Positions 42,097-62,500 of a DNA stretch of 64,000 nt are shown in pieces. Every line of letters begins with the position of its first letter. The first letter of the stretch is position 1. Made by a program: the position numbers and the translations under genes. The notes beneath the pieces are model-generated. The model searched no databases. It was given only the letters and a program-made list of their open reading frames with translations, and was not told the DNA's origin. Source of the DNA: Antedon mediterranea. Taxonomy: Eukaryota; Animalia; Echinodermata. The stretch lies in contig NC_092675.1 in NCBI RefSeq assembly GCF_964355755.1, positions 23,408,912 to 23,472,911 on the forward strand, in the 5' to 3' direction.

Positions 42097-44009
42097 TATA
42101 CATTTACTATGCAGTTAATTTCCATTCATCTTCCATGCAAGTATATCCTGACATAATAATATGCAATTAACAAAGGTTGACTGTTAATTAAATTTAAAGA
42201 AACTGAAGAATGACTTTCTTGACGAGACAAAAATGTTTTTGTCCAACATCCCACACACAAAAATAATTATATTACACAACAATGAACATTCCAAGTCTTG
42301 AAACATTCTGATTCTATTAATTGTCCATTGTATATATAGTTATTCAATAAATAAATGAAACAGTTTTTATATTGAATGTCAGCTGATGATCACAAAGATG
42401 CGTTGATCGTAAAATTCATTAATGGTGCTTTTGATTTGATTCTTAAAACCTGTCCTCTTGGAAGAACAGCTTGTCATCCTATTTAACTCATTTATTAATG
42501 TTCAATCTCTGGAAAAGCAATTGGTAATTATTTCTAGCTTCAATACACCTTATCTACAGTACAATCTCATTGTTTTGTTTTTCTTTTGTTTTAGACACAC
42601 TTTCCAATTATTTTTAACCAAAAAATTATGTTTTACCCCAAAAATAAGTATTGTAAAAATATATAGTCTGTATTTTTTTTTACCGACATACCAAGTGAGT
42701 TATACACTAAATGATCATTTTTATGTTGATTCGATGGGGTTTGCTATGTTTTTTTTTTATGTTTGAGGGGTTTAACAATTATTTTTAACCCAAAAATAAA
42801 AAAAAGAGTATGTATTTTTTTTGACTGACATACCAAGTGAGTTGTACACTAAATGATTCAAACCCAGATGGGGTTTGCTATGTTTTTTTGGAGATTTGCG
42901 GAGTTTAGCAACCATCTTTAAGACAATGGGCTTCATTTTTATTTTTTAGACTAGAGTTATAATGAATAAATAATTATTATACTATTCTAGTATTACACTA
43001 GTTTTTGATAATTTTATTATAAGAAATATTCATAGATTTCTCAAATATTATTTATTTGTTGTATTTAAAATATAAAACTAATAGTTGATATATAAAGGCA
43101 GATCATAATTGGTCGTATTGATTTCTTATGACAGTCCTGGTAGGAAGTATTAAATATACCACTATCATGAATGAGTACACAGTAGTCAAATATGATTGCA
43201 ATGGACTAATCCACGGATGATGTAAATAAGGGCTTCCTCAATGCTAATAAGGATATCCGTGACGAGTCAACCATTGACAAGCTAAGCTTGTTTTGTTTGT
43301 TGATTCATTTTTGTTATTTTTAGGTATTTCACCTGTTTTGTGTAATTATCTTGAAGGGCATTTTTACATAATAATTTTAGTATTTTATAAATTTATCTGA
43401 TTTTATTTTTTATGTATTAAAAAATTAAAGCTTTTATTCTATTAGTCTTTGAAATTGGAATTTATTAAATTTAAATACATTTTTTGATACAGTGTTATAA
43501 AATAATGATTAATTGCAATTAACAAATAATCATTCTTATTAATATTATTAATGACTAGACCGTTAAACAAAGAATCATTTCAATGGTCAGAAATGACAAT
43601 GCGAAAAGAACATACTTTCAATAAAATAATTTATTATTTCACCTTACTTTATACCTTATATTTTAATTACTTTCCTGCTTAAAATATGAAAAAAACACAT
43701 CAATCACAGTTTATATATATATATATATATATTTTTTTTTTCCGTATTCTTATTTAGTGCTATATCTTGGGGTGGGTCAAATTTAAAGTTTTTCTGACTT
43801 ATATGACCCTTTCCTCACATGATTACTTCATTGTATTTAGTATCCTGTATGTTATTCATGTGTATTGTGGAAATAAATTGAATTGAATTGAAAAGATACA
43901 TAATGTACATTGTCGCTCGCAGACATTTCAAATCTCTCAGGTTGGTAACTGATCATAGAGGAAATGTCAAGCTGTAAGTATACAATGTATTTTACTGATA
44001 AATATAAAT

Positions 44010-44170
44010 TCAAAGGCAAATTACTGAAAAAATTATAAAGCTGTGGGTATCAGTGGCTGGATCTCAATGAAGATACAAAAAAAAAGCGAAAAGCTAAATC
44101 AAAACGATAAAGTAAAACAGCCAGAAAAGTTAGCAGAGCTTTCGGGCAACACTAGCCCCCATCAGTGCAA
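44010..44170 (-). repeat. probable Penelope-type pLTR fragment; second copy at 21805-21910 (+)
   Basis: Shared TTGTATCT.CATTGAGATCCAGCCACTGATACCCACAGC block in opposite orientations; only this copy keeps the hammerhead-like motif. Confidence 0.6.
44131..44170 (-). ncRNA. minimal type I hammerhead-like motif (A9G variant)
   Basis: The minus strand reads GCA CUGAUGG GGGC UAGUGUU GCCC GAAA GC UC UGC. Stems I and II are intact; the core differs from CUGAUGA by one base. Confidence 0.55.
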
Positions 44171-44765
44171 GTGATAAATATATAAATGTATACATCATTT
44201 TGATGTAAAACAGTTATCTGAAAAAAAAAATGTAAAAAAATGTTTGACGTTTGTGCCATTATAATAATTAAGCACTGTGGGATGTAGCCAATTGAGAATA
44301 ATTAGCATGGAAATTGAGTAAAACACCCGAAAAGGAAATATTTGATAACGTGCTAACCATCAGGTTTAATATAGGAAGGAAGTCATTGAGTTAAAATTGA
44401 TGAAAGGAAAAAAGAGTATATATGACATTGATATCATTAACTACAATGCGATAACAAAGAACTTTTTTAATAGTAAAATCATACTTTTATTGTTATTAAC
44501 TGAAACTAAGTGCAAATTATCTATTTTTGGAAGTATGATTCTATATATTTTTGATCCCAAAAAGAAGTGACATAAATAGTGAGAGGGGAAATAGTCCAAG
44601 GGGCCCCAAGCAAATTGTAATGCAAACGATAGGACCAAAAATGAGGAAATATATGATTCAACTTTTCAATCTTTATTTGATCATCAGGAATGAGGAATTC
44701 CAAAATGGTCTGATTTGAACGGCTAGTCTAAACAATACATTTCACACACCAATTGGTGGATCCAG

Positions 44766-45492
44766 GGGTTGAAATAGACGACCAAGTGCCTAAAAATTGT
44801 GGAATGAAGGGTTGAAATAGACGACCAAGTGCCCAAAAATTGTGGAATGAAGGGTTGAAATAGACGACCAAGTGCCTAAAAATTGTGGAATGAAGGGTTG
44901 AAATAGACGACCAAGTGCCTAAAAATTGTGGAATGAAGGGTTGAAATAGACGACCAAGTGCCTAAAAATTGTGGAATGAAGGGTTGAAATAGACGACCAA
45001 GTGCCTAAAAATTGTGGAATGAAGGGTTGAAATAGACGACCAAGTGCCTAAAAATTGTGGAATGAAGGGTTGAAATAGACGACCAAGTGCCTAAAAATTG
45101 TGGAATGAAGGGTTAAAATAGACGACCAAGTGCCTAAAAATTGTGGAATGAAGGGTTGAAATAGACGACCAAATGAAGGGTTGAAATAGACGACCAAGTG
45201 CCTACAAATTGTGGAATGAAGGGTTAAAATAGACGACCAAGTGCCTACAAATTGTGGAATGAAGGGTTGAAATAGACGACCAAATGAAGGGTTGAAATAG
45301 ACGACCAAGTGCCTACAAATTGTGGAATGAAGGGTTGAAATAGACGACCAAGTGCCTAAAAATTGTGGAATGAAGGGTTGAAATAGACGACCAAGTGCCT
45401 AAAAATTGTGGAATGAAGGGTTGAAATAGACGACCAAATGAAGGGTTGAAATAGACGACCAAGTGCCTAAAAATTGTGGAATGAAGGGTTAA
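44766..45492. repeat. 43-bp minisatellite (15 full and 3 shortened 25-bp units)
   Basis: Unit GGGTTGAAATAGACGACCAAGTGCCTAAAAATTGTGGAATGAA; flanked by GTGGAT...ATCCAC, suggesting a host MITE. Confidence 0.95.
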
Positions 45493-48469
45493 AATTAACC
45501 TAATTCATTTAGTTTAGGTGGTTGCCCATGCCGGCTGGTCCCCCTCCCTTCGCATATCCACGTAATAATTTAATGTTTCATAATTTATCCTCATGCTATT
45601 TTAACTCATGGCCTTAGTTTAATAATGTAACACTGTATAATTTGTCTATACTCTAATACTACAGTATATTACTGAATTACTCCTTTTTTTGGCACATTTT
45701 TTGCAAATCATTGCCATAATATTGCCTACCAGTAATTATCAAAATATTACTTGTAATGGCCAACAAAAAACAATTTTAGTTTCACATCAGATTTGCATTT
45801 GAAAAAAATGTAATTATTATTAAACTAATTTTACCAAAATAAGGCTGTGAATCTGTGATGACCACAGTGTTCAGTGGAAAATTTGATTTATGATTTAGAG
45901 TCTTCCAAAATTGTCACTAAATACAATTACAAGCCATTTAAAAAAAAAATTCAATAGCTATGAAAAGTAAATATTTATAAATAATGAGAAACTAAACTTT
46001 ATTTGTCTTTCTTTCGGATAACACTAATCCTTCCTGTGTATTTTAGATATTTTCTATAAGCTAAAATAATTTTTTTTTTGTGTAAAATTGAATAAATAGA
46101 AATCCAAAGAAATTCATCCTAATTAAAAATGGTTTTTGTACCGCCGGGTATTTTAATTGTCAATGTCATCTGTTGATTGCTGTGGAAATATAGGATTCTG
46201 TTAATTATATTTTGTAAATGATTTTGTACACTTGTTTAAAATGTCTTTGTTTGTCTTCCTTGTTTTTAATAGAAAGGATATAAATCATTTCCTAGTGTTT
46301 GAAGTAAACAACAATTGTTGTCCTGTCCTTTATATTTTGTTCATTGTCATTGCATTCTTTTGTTTCTGTGAAAATTGATTGATGTATTACACAAAGCAAC
46401 TTGATTGAATATGTACTGCATCTCCAAACATGGCATTATCTGTCTGAAAATCTGTCCAGTATACTAATGTAAATTGTGTAACACAGTGTCACATGTATCA
46501 TGGATAGATATATTCCTTCTATGTATCCATACAGGTTAGGGTTCAGGCTTATGATGTAGATGTTATATGTGATATCTATGTGACAATGACACTGTATTAC
46601 TAAATTTTCCTATAATACTGGAAAAAATATAGAACTGAGAATCGGCTAAGTACAAAAAAACAGTAATTCAAATCAATGAAGACATGTGTTCTGCTCTTTT
46701 TTTTGTGTATATTATACAGTAGATAAAACATTAGGAATCGTGTAATATGTAGTCAGTTTTTATTTTAAAAAGAAGCAATAAATAATCATATGACTAATCA
46801 GAAGTAAAGATGATTTGTTTAAACAAATGGTCTCATGAACAAAATATATTACACATGTTACACATTTATTCACAATTCACAATTACAATATTTAACAATA
46901 TAGCAAAAGAAGCGAGTGCTTGTCAGTTTGGTAACCATTTAAATGCATTCAATTAAACAAAAATTTACACAAAAAAAAACAACAACAACAACATGCCCCA
47001 CGGCCGGCCAGCACCTCCGGTGGGGCACTCTTCTGTCATCATTATGTATATATTTGTTTCTATTGTACAGTTTAAAACATGACAATCAAAGAAGATAAGT
47101 CGCAGACGAGGGAGAATGCAAGGAATAAGAAAAGGACAAGACATGTTAATAGATCAAGGATGATAGACAGATGAATATTCAGCTGATGAACTTAAAGATG
47201 AGATTTACATCAAAGGTAGTAAAGAAAAAAAACTATGATGCATTTTGGTTTGGTATCATTATAGTGTATCCTTGCCATTCGATTGAATAATTTTGTATCA
47301 CATGCTGTTGAGAAATAAATAAATATGAATTACTTTATTTTTTTCAAACTTGTCTACTCTATTCTTTTGATACTGGAGACAAACTAATTTCTCCGACAGT
47401 GTTCAGTTATTTTCAATACTTCTTTCAAATTTGTAATTAAAATATATTTTATTTCTTATCTACCAGCAACAAGACTCATCAGTGGAAGAGTACTAAACAT
47501 GCTCAGCCTTCTAAGAGGTGATGAAAGTAAATTGATTACAAAGCAACCATACTAAAAACCATCTCTATGGGCGGACAACCTGCAATCTATAAAGAGAAGT
47601 GTATATATCCAGAGAGTAAAAAAAAAGACATTTCAGCATGGACCACTGCAATGTTTATCAGACTGCATGGAACATCATCGATATGAGGCAGCTCTGTGAG
47701 TTTGCTGATTGCAGGCTGCCACAAGCAATGGACGAGTAGAGAGAGTCATGGAGATCTCTACAAACTGGCAGGCCTAGAAGTTTTATCTCCACAAGTATAA
47801 TGAACAGTTGTCTAGTCAACAAATAGACAAACGTTATCAGTAATAAATGTTTAGTATGCAGAACTGTACGGTTATTTTGCGTAAGTATAATCTCAGTGTT
47901 ACATGTGCAAACACATCTTAGGTAAGTATCAAATCAATGTGACATGCCAAGCACATGCATATTCAGGTATCTGATATTGGTGTAACCCACACTCTGTTAT
48001 TCAACTCATCTTAGTGAATATACAGTAGATTGTGATCATGTTATTTTCTTGCCTGCAAATGTGGAGTATGTTTCATGCAAAATGATCAATATGGGGTTTA
48101 TTAAGAGTAGGCCAACCTACTATGGGTACTCATCTCCCAGACATCACCAATGGTATAATAATTATATGAATTTAATATTTTGATGTTTTTTTTTATCTTT
48201 AATGAATTAACATTAACAATATCTATTTTCTTCCATTATAATGTTATCTTTTCTTGATATAAATAATCATATTTTTTTTACTTTCAGAACCGATAAAATA
48301 TCTGAATAGTTAAATTAATTGAATAATAATAATTTCATTTTTTTTTTCCACTTTAATGCAGTTCATTTTCTCTTTTATATTTACAGACACTACTACAAAT
48401 GTTTTCTTCTAAATAATGTAATCTTTTTTCTCTCCATCTTTTCTTATGTACATTCACAATTTCTCATGA

Positions 48470-55763
<7,294 letters not shown>

Positions 55764-56139
55764 AAATAAATTTAACAATATTCTATAATTAATCATGATT
55801 TAAATTGTATATACCTACATGAATTTCTGAGACTATCATGCTATCAAAACTTGTGTTTTGATATCTAATGTGTAAAGGATGTAATGGTCTGAACACTTAT
55901 TATCTCTATCAGTGAGTTGTAAATGTAAATATAATCTTTTTTTTTAGTTGTACAGTATTTAAGTTGAGCAAGGAATGGTCGTGATGTAGACAAAAAAATG
56001 AAAAGGTAATTTTACATGTAGAGAGTTTCGGATAAATCCTGAACTGGATTTTTAACATTTTTATAAAATATAAACTAGATGTTGTGGCACTGGTGTAATG
56101 AAGCCTAGACATTTTGTTTACAAAATACTGTTTTGTGAA

Positions 56140-57310
56140 GGACTGAAAAAATTGGAAACATTAATTTGTTAATAGATTAATGTATGTAAAAGAAGGAAAC
56201 ATTTTTTAATCAAATAATGTCTGGGAAAACTGGAAACATTTGTTAATAGATTAATGTATGGAAAAGTTGGAAACATTTTTTAATCAAAAAATGTCTGGGA
56301 AAACTGGAAACATTTGTTAATAAATTAATGTATGGAAAAGAAGGAAATATTTTTTAATGAAGTAATGTCTTGGAAACTGGAAACATTTTTAATAGATTAA
56401 TGTATGAAAAATCTGGAAACATTTTGTTCATAGAGTAATGTATGGAAAAGCTGGAAACATTTTGTTCATAGGGTAATGTCTAGGAAAGCTGAACACATTT
56501 TCAATAAAAAATAATGTCTGGGAAACTGGAAATGTTGTTAATAGATTAATGTATGGAAAAGCTGGAAACATTTTTTAATCAAGTAATGTCTTGGAAACTG
56601 GAAACATTTGTTAATAGATTAATGTATGGAAAATCTGGAAACATCTTGTTCATAGAGTAATGTCTAGGAAAGCTGGAAACATTTTTCAATAGATTAATGT
56701 ATGGAAATCTGGAAACATTTTGTTCATAGGGTAATGTCTAGGAAAGCTGAAAACATTTTTCAATAAAAAATAATGTCTGGGAAACTGGAAATGTTGTTAA
56801 TAGATTAATGTATGGAAAAGCTGGAAATATTTTTTAATCAAGTAATGTCTTGGAAACTGGAAACATTTGTTAATAGATTAATGTATGGAAAATCTGGAAA
56901 CATTTTGTTCATAGAGTAATGTGTAGGAAAGCTGGAAACATTTTTCAATAGATTAATGTATGGAAATCTGGAAACATTTTGTTCATAGGGTAATGTCTAG
57001 GAAAGCTGAAAACATTTTTCAATAAAAAATAATGTCTGGGAAACTGGAAATTTTGTTAATAGATTAATGTATGGAAAAGCTGGAAACATTTTGTTCATAA
57101 GGTAATGTCTAGGAAAGCTGAAAACATTTGTTCATAGAGTAATGTCTGAGACACTGGAAACATTTGTTAATAGATTAATGTATGGAAAAGCTGGAAACAT
57201 GTTGTTCATAGAGTAATGTCTAGGAAAGCTGGAAACGTTTGTTCATAGAGTAATGTCTAGGAAATATGGAAACTTTAGTTCATATAGTAATGTCCCTTAA
57301 CAAATCTGGA
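56140..57310. repeat. ~37-bp degenerate satellite with ~260-bp higher-order period
   Basis: Monomer like CTGGAAACATTTGTT(A/C)ATAGA(T/G)TAATGT(A/C)T(G/A)GAAAG; AAAAATAATGTCTGGGAAACTGGAAAT recurs at about 56507, 56766, 57025. Confidence 0.92.
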
Positions 57311-59515
57311 AAATAATTTTAGTGAAAGTTTACCTCACTCAAAGACAGGTAAATTGATTCTATTAATGTTTTGTTTATATACATTAATGATCAAAATGGC
57401 CCCAACAAAGATGCTAGTGTTTAAAAAAAGATTTTATGAAGGGTGTTATATAAACGTTTTTATTTTTGTAATTTGGTTTTATTTCAACAATATTTTACGA
57501 GGGTGGTCCATCCAGCCGAAGCTGATCATTAGACACCCTCACAAAAATACATCATGACGAGACATAAACATGTACCAATAAAAATTAAAATAAATATAAT
57601 TTATAATGATAAAAGAAAGCACAACATATTTAGAATAAAAAATAATGAATTAAATTGAATTGGCCATCTCTGTTTGGTATTACTTGTAAACATATTAATA
57701 ATTTGGTTAGTGTGCTCCCCACATAAATATGTCCCTCCTTAGATGCTTCATAATCCATGCAATGTTTGTTATGCTTCACAATAATCATGTCATATATTAC
57801 CTTAACCACGTAACTCGTACTGTTTCCAGTCATTTAAAAATGCCGCTTGTGAAAGTTCATACCCCCACCCCCCCCCCCCCCCTGCAATTATAAATCAATG
57901 GTTAATATTTACAGGGTGTATTTAGTTTATAAACAAACAATTATGCATATTGTATAGAATTTACATGCATAATTAATGCAATATTATTGGAGGTATTGTG
58001 TTGTACTAATTACTATGTACATTTTATTCGGTAAATAAATTTTAAATTCTTCGTGAAGGCAAGTTATCAGACACATGGTGCTGATTGTTTATTGTTTTAT
58101 TTAAAATGATGATATTTAACTGACGTACAGTAACTATCGATAACATAAACTAATTAGCCTATTTTTTAAATTGTAAAAGTATGCGATGATTGCTTATATT
58201 TTATGGCAACAAGTAATGTCAACAAATGAAATTTGCCAAAATGAGCAAAATAAATAGAATGTTTAAATTTCAATTATATTTACGTTTATTTGATTATTGC
58301 TAAATGCTAATCATCATATTTGGTGTCGTAGCAACACTTTTTGTCGGAAATTGAAATGGTTTATATTTGTCCTTGTTTCTAGAAAAAAATGATTTTGTCG
58401 AAGTATGGGCAAAATATACATTTCGTTACTAAAACTAAAAACTGGCATCAGAAGAATTTTAAAAATTTAATTATTATGCGATAATAATTGCTACATATGA
58501 GCATATGTTACCTTATCAACATCTTATAAAATCATATTAACCAGTTTTGTCAAAAATAAAAATGTAGAAATTTTATCATTTTTGGGAAAAATAATCCCTA
58601 CTATAAGTGCAGGGATTCCAAAATGTCAATTACTATACGATAAGTCAAGTCAAATAAACATTTATTTTCGAAAATGACCAAAATGTAGACATTTTAAAAC
58701 ATATTCAGATAACATGCGCAGAACACATGTTACTGTGCACATGTCAATTATGATATAGTAACCATTTATTTAAAAAAATTAAATGAGCGGAATGTTTGAA
58801 TTTTTCGAGAATGTCCAAAATGTACACTTTTTAAAATATATTTGATACCTATATATATATATATATATGAGATACCATGCACAGAATACATTATGTTACT
58901 CTGCGCATATCAATTATGATTATAGCAACCATTTATGTAAAAAATAAAGGGGGAATAATTTCGCTATAGGCCTACTATAGTAGGCCTACAATGATTGTTT
59001 TTCGAAAATAGCCAAAATAGCAACTTTTTTAATTCAATAATTATGCGCAAATATTGCCATATATGCGTATATATTGTGTTATCATCCTATGGCGCCACTA
59101 AACAAATAAATACATTAATCAATAATAGTAAAATTGCCAATACATCATAAGCCTTGCGGTACATCTATGTATTACTTAACGATACACTAAGGTACATTAA
59201 ACAAACGTTTTTGCGTGTGGGTGATACAAGTGTCAATCCTCCACAAATAAATTCAGGATGCCTCTGACACACGCAATGTAAAATCTAAATATTACCCTCT
59301 ACAAAGAGTGGTAAAATCTACAACAGTGGTATCACCCTCATATAGGGTCATAGCCATGCTACAGAAATAAAATATGTCGTCACCCATAGGCCTAAACATG
59401 CAATATTTTATTATCAATAAACCTACATTGAATATGTGTTTATATTATTTAATATAATAAGAGTTTTAGCTACGATTTTTAAAATGGCGTTCATCTGGTC
59501 GAATACTTTAATTGT

Positions 59516-59582
59516 TTATTCACCGCATGGAAGTGATTTTAAACTTTCCAACTTATTGAGAGCTTCGATGATAACATTGAGT
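59516..59582 (-). CDS. TRPA-like putative last coding exon
   Basis: ttttcag|A CTC AAT ... GAA TAA; (K)LNVIIEALNKLESLKSLPCGE*; phase matches the preceding exon. Confidence 0.65.
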
Positions 59583-62500
59583 CTGAAAATAAACATGAAC
59601 ATCGTAAGTCTCAATTATCACATGGTACTTAAATGAGTGTAACGTACAGTATATAGGCTCGTTACATCGTATTTATATTGCGCTTTATACAGAAGAATCA
59701 AAGCGCAATGCTATAACTTAGGTCGTAGTAGCGATAATATCGGCGCAGGTTCACTACTCGGCAGCTCCCTGAATGGCATAGAAGAGGTATTCAAACCAAA
59801 TACTCATCCTTTTTACCAAGTCAACGGTCATCTACTCACACCACCATAGCTTTTAAATTTTCAAATAAAATACTAACTGGTCATATCGTCGTATCCCGAC
59901 TTACCCCCTGCAGGAACAAAAATGCCCAGTTTGTATTATGTAACTTTCAATCCATAACTAGGCCTACAGTAATCATAATAAGGGAAATTCTTTTGATACA
60001 TTTTCCCGTTAAATTCGTAAATTCCTTGACGTCAAGTCGTCTTTTTTTCTGCACCTTACTTTTTGTACTTATTTTCATCTAACATAGCACATTACTATAA
60101 GTTTAAAATGTACGTACTTTTCGTTAACTTCACCAATTCGTTTAAAAATACGAGCTTCTGTCGGTATTGTTATCTCTCCGTTATTATCTTCCTTTCCGGC
60201 ATCTTCAAGAACCGGTATATTTCCGAATAGTCCATCTAACCATGTAATTATCTAAAAATAACGTTAGATTGTTAGCCAACTAAAAAAATACCGTAATTTG
60301 TATCAATATAATAACATAGATTACAATATAAGAACAATACATTTATATTACCGTGCAGGCATAGGTTTACCTTTGCCATAGATTGCCTGTGTTCTTTTCT
60401 GTTCGGATAAACAGTCAGTGAATGTTTTTGAAAGTATTTCTTATAGAAATTGAATGTGATTTCAAATTGCTTGTAGAAGCCGACACTAAGCACATGCTGG
60501 TGATATTTAGCCATCTTACCAATTTTCTCTATATCTCCAACTGCTAAACCAATCTAAAAAAAATTACAACTTCATATCATTAGTCCTACTGAGTAAAATA
60601 CAAATTTAAAATGTCTTAGCTGCAAAATAAACTGAACAAAAAACAAAACAAAAAGAAAACCAAAAAAACAGCACCAATTTTTTGGTATAGTCCTATAGAA
60701 AAATATTTGTGTTTCTTTCGCTTTCCTAAAGAAGACATTTTTACCCTGGGCTGTTTTCACTCAAACTTGATCAATAGTAAAATTCATAAAGCTCAGGAAT
60801 CAAATTCCATAAAATTCATCTGACTGGGTTCATGTTCTATTGAACATAATGTCTCTAGTTTAAACTTACCATCAAGTTCATTAAAGCTATAGTCATAGTT
60901 ATCATAAATATCAAAACCAATATTATAATGGTCCACTGATAATGGGCTGTATCTTTACTACCGTCCATTACTGGTTTGGCAAACGAATTAATGAAATCAA
61001 TTTCTCCAATCATCATATCATAAATCCGCACACATGACATAATAATGCTCTCAAATGGCTGATCTTCCTGTATTAAAAAAGAAAGATAATTAGGAGCAAA
61101 AACGAGTAGAAAGAGAAAAAGAAGTTGATTATTTAAACTTTGCGTTAAACATTGGAAAATTACTTTCTTCAACGGTGGTAATTAAATATATCGATTGTTA
61201 AATTACCAACACCATTGTACTTTCATTCAATATTAAGTTATTCATCGGCATATATCCGTAAACAAATACATATCTTATACTCTTATTTCAAACTGTCTTT
61301 GCCTTGAAAGAATACGTACATCGGATCCAAGCAATGCGTGAAAACAAACTGCGAGTCCAAACAATTGAAGTGAGAAAACAGTTATTATCTTCAACATTGA
61401 AACTAACACTTCATAGAACATCATGATCAGGATCCCGAAAGGAGAAGTTCTGAAATATATAAAGATAGATAAATTATACACTTCAATGTATAATGTTTAA
61501 ATGAATTTAAAATGTATTATTTGTCCCAGTTTGGTCTAAATAATTATTTAGGAATAAGTAAAAAATATAAAAATTAACAAGTAGACAAATTTCATACTGT
61601 ACTACTTTGGTTTTTATGACAATAAAAGATCTGTATCTGTGTTATACCATCAGAAGACACGATACTACAACTACTTTTTGTCTTCGTTTTAAAATCATAG
61701 CTCATGTAATTGTCAGGGAGCCATAGATTCTTGAAAACAGTCATGAAAGAGGACAAGGCGCAACGGTCCTCTAATCTTACTAAAGTTGTTTTACATCATA
61801 ATTATCCACAAGCCTACTAGTTTGTATAGTGTGCTAAACTTTCCAGATAATGAATAATAACCATCGTGAATACATAAGCCTAGAAGTACGACCTACATTA
61901 TACGATTAATTATTAATTGGTAGAAACAATTACCTTTTTAGGAGTTGCATCGTGTTTGTCCAACCGAGGAATAAACCTAAAATGCCAAATTCCCACTGCC
62001 AATGATAACTAAACTCCTCTTGAAACAATAATGGTCCGGCGAAAATAGCAACTACAACATGTGTTCCAATCTTGATCAACCTTTCAACTGACATTACTCT
62101 CCAATTACCCTACAAATATACACTTTACTTCAGAAGCAAAACCAATTGAAAATCCTGACTGAGCGAATTTATTGAATCGATAAATATGAACAATGGCCTC
62201 TATTCTAATTAAATATAGTAGTGCTAAGTAGTGTTAATTACAAATCTGACCAGAACTCATTCAATCATTGACTTTTCACGTCATATTTGGAACATTAGGT
62301 TCCCCAAAAATTATTTTCCTCGTCATTATCTTAGATTTCCATGAACACCAAGCTCTGATTGGTTATGCATTTTATGCTTTGAAGAAAGTAAAAACTGTTT
62401 GAAGTGAAAAAAAAATGTACTTACCCAAGAGAGAAGTATTTTTATTTGTACAAGGAAAGAAACTGAACTGTAAATCATCAAACATATCAGTGAACCAAAC

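Noticed and set aside
43950-43982. Missing upstream MIB1 exon (AGAGGAAAT...gtaagt)
   Set aside because: Reads HRGNVKL rather than ALRGNPS, with no upstream ankyrin sequence.
44766-45492. CRISPR-like array
   Set aside because: Units are contiguous with no unique spacers and the context is eukaryotic with no cas genes; it is a minisatellite. The same applies to the 159-, 108- and 122-bp arrays.
47460-47790. RTE-like LINE C-terminal remnant
   Set aside because: GGQ and RESWRS hints only; too degraded to call.
58967-58988. 22-bp perfect palindrome TAGGCCTACTATAGTAGGCCTA
   Set aside because: Built from the TAGGCCTA motif that recurs throughout the window; no TSD or other support.
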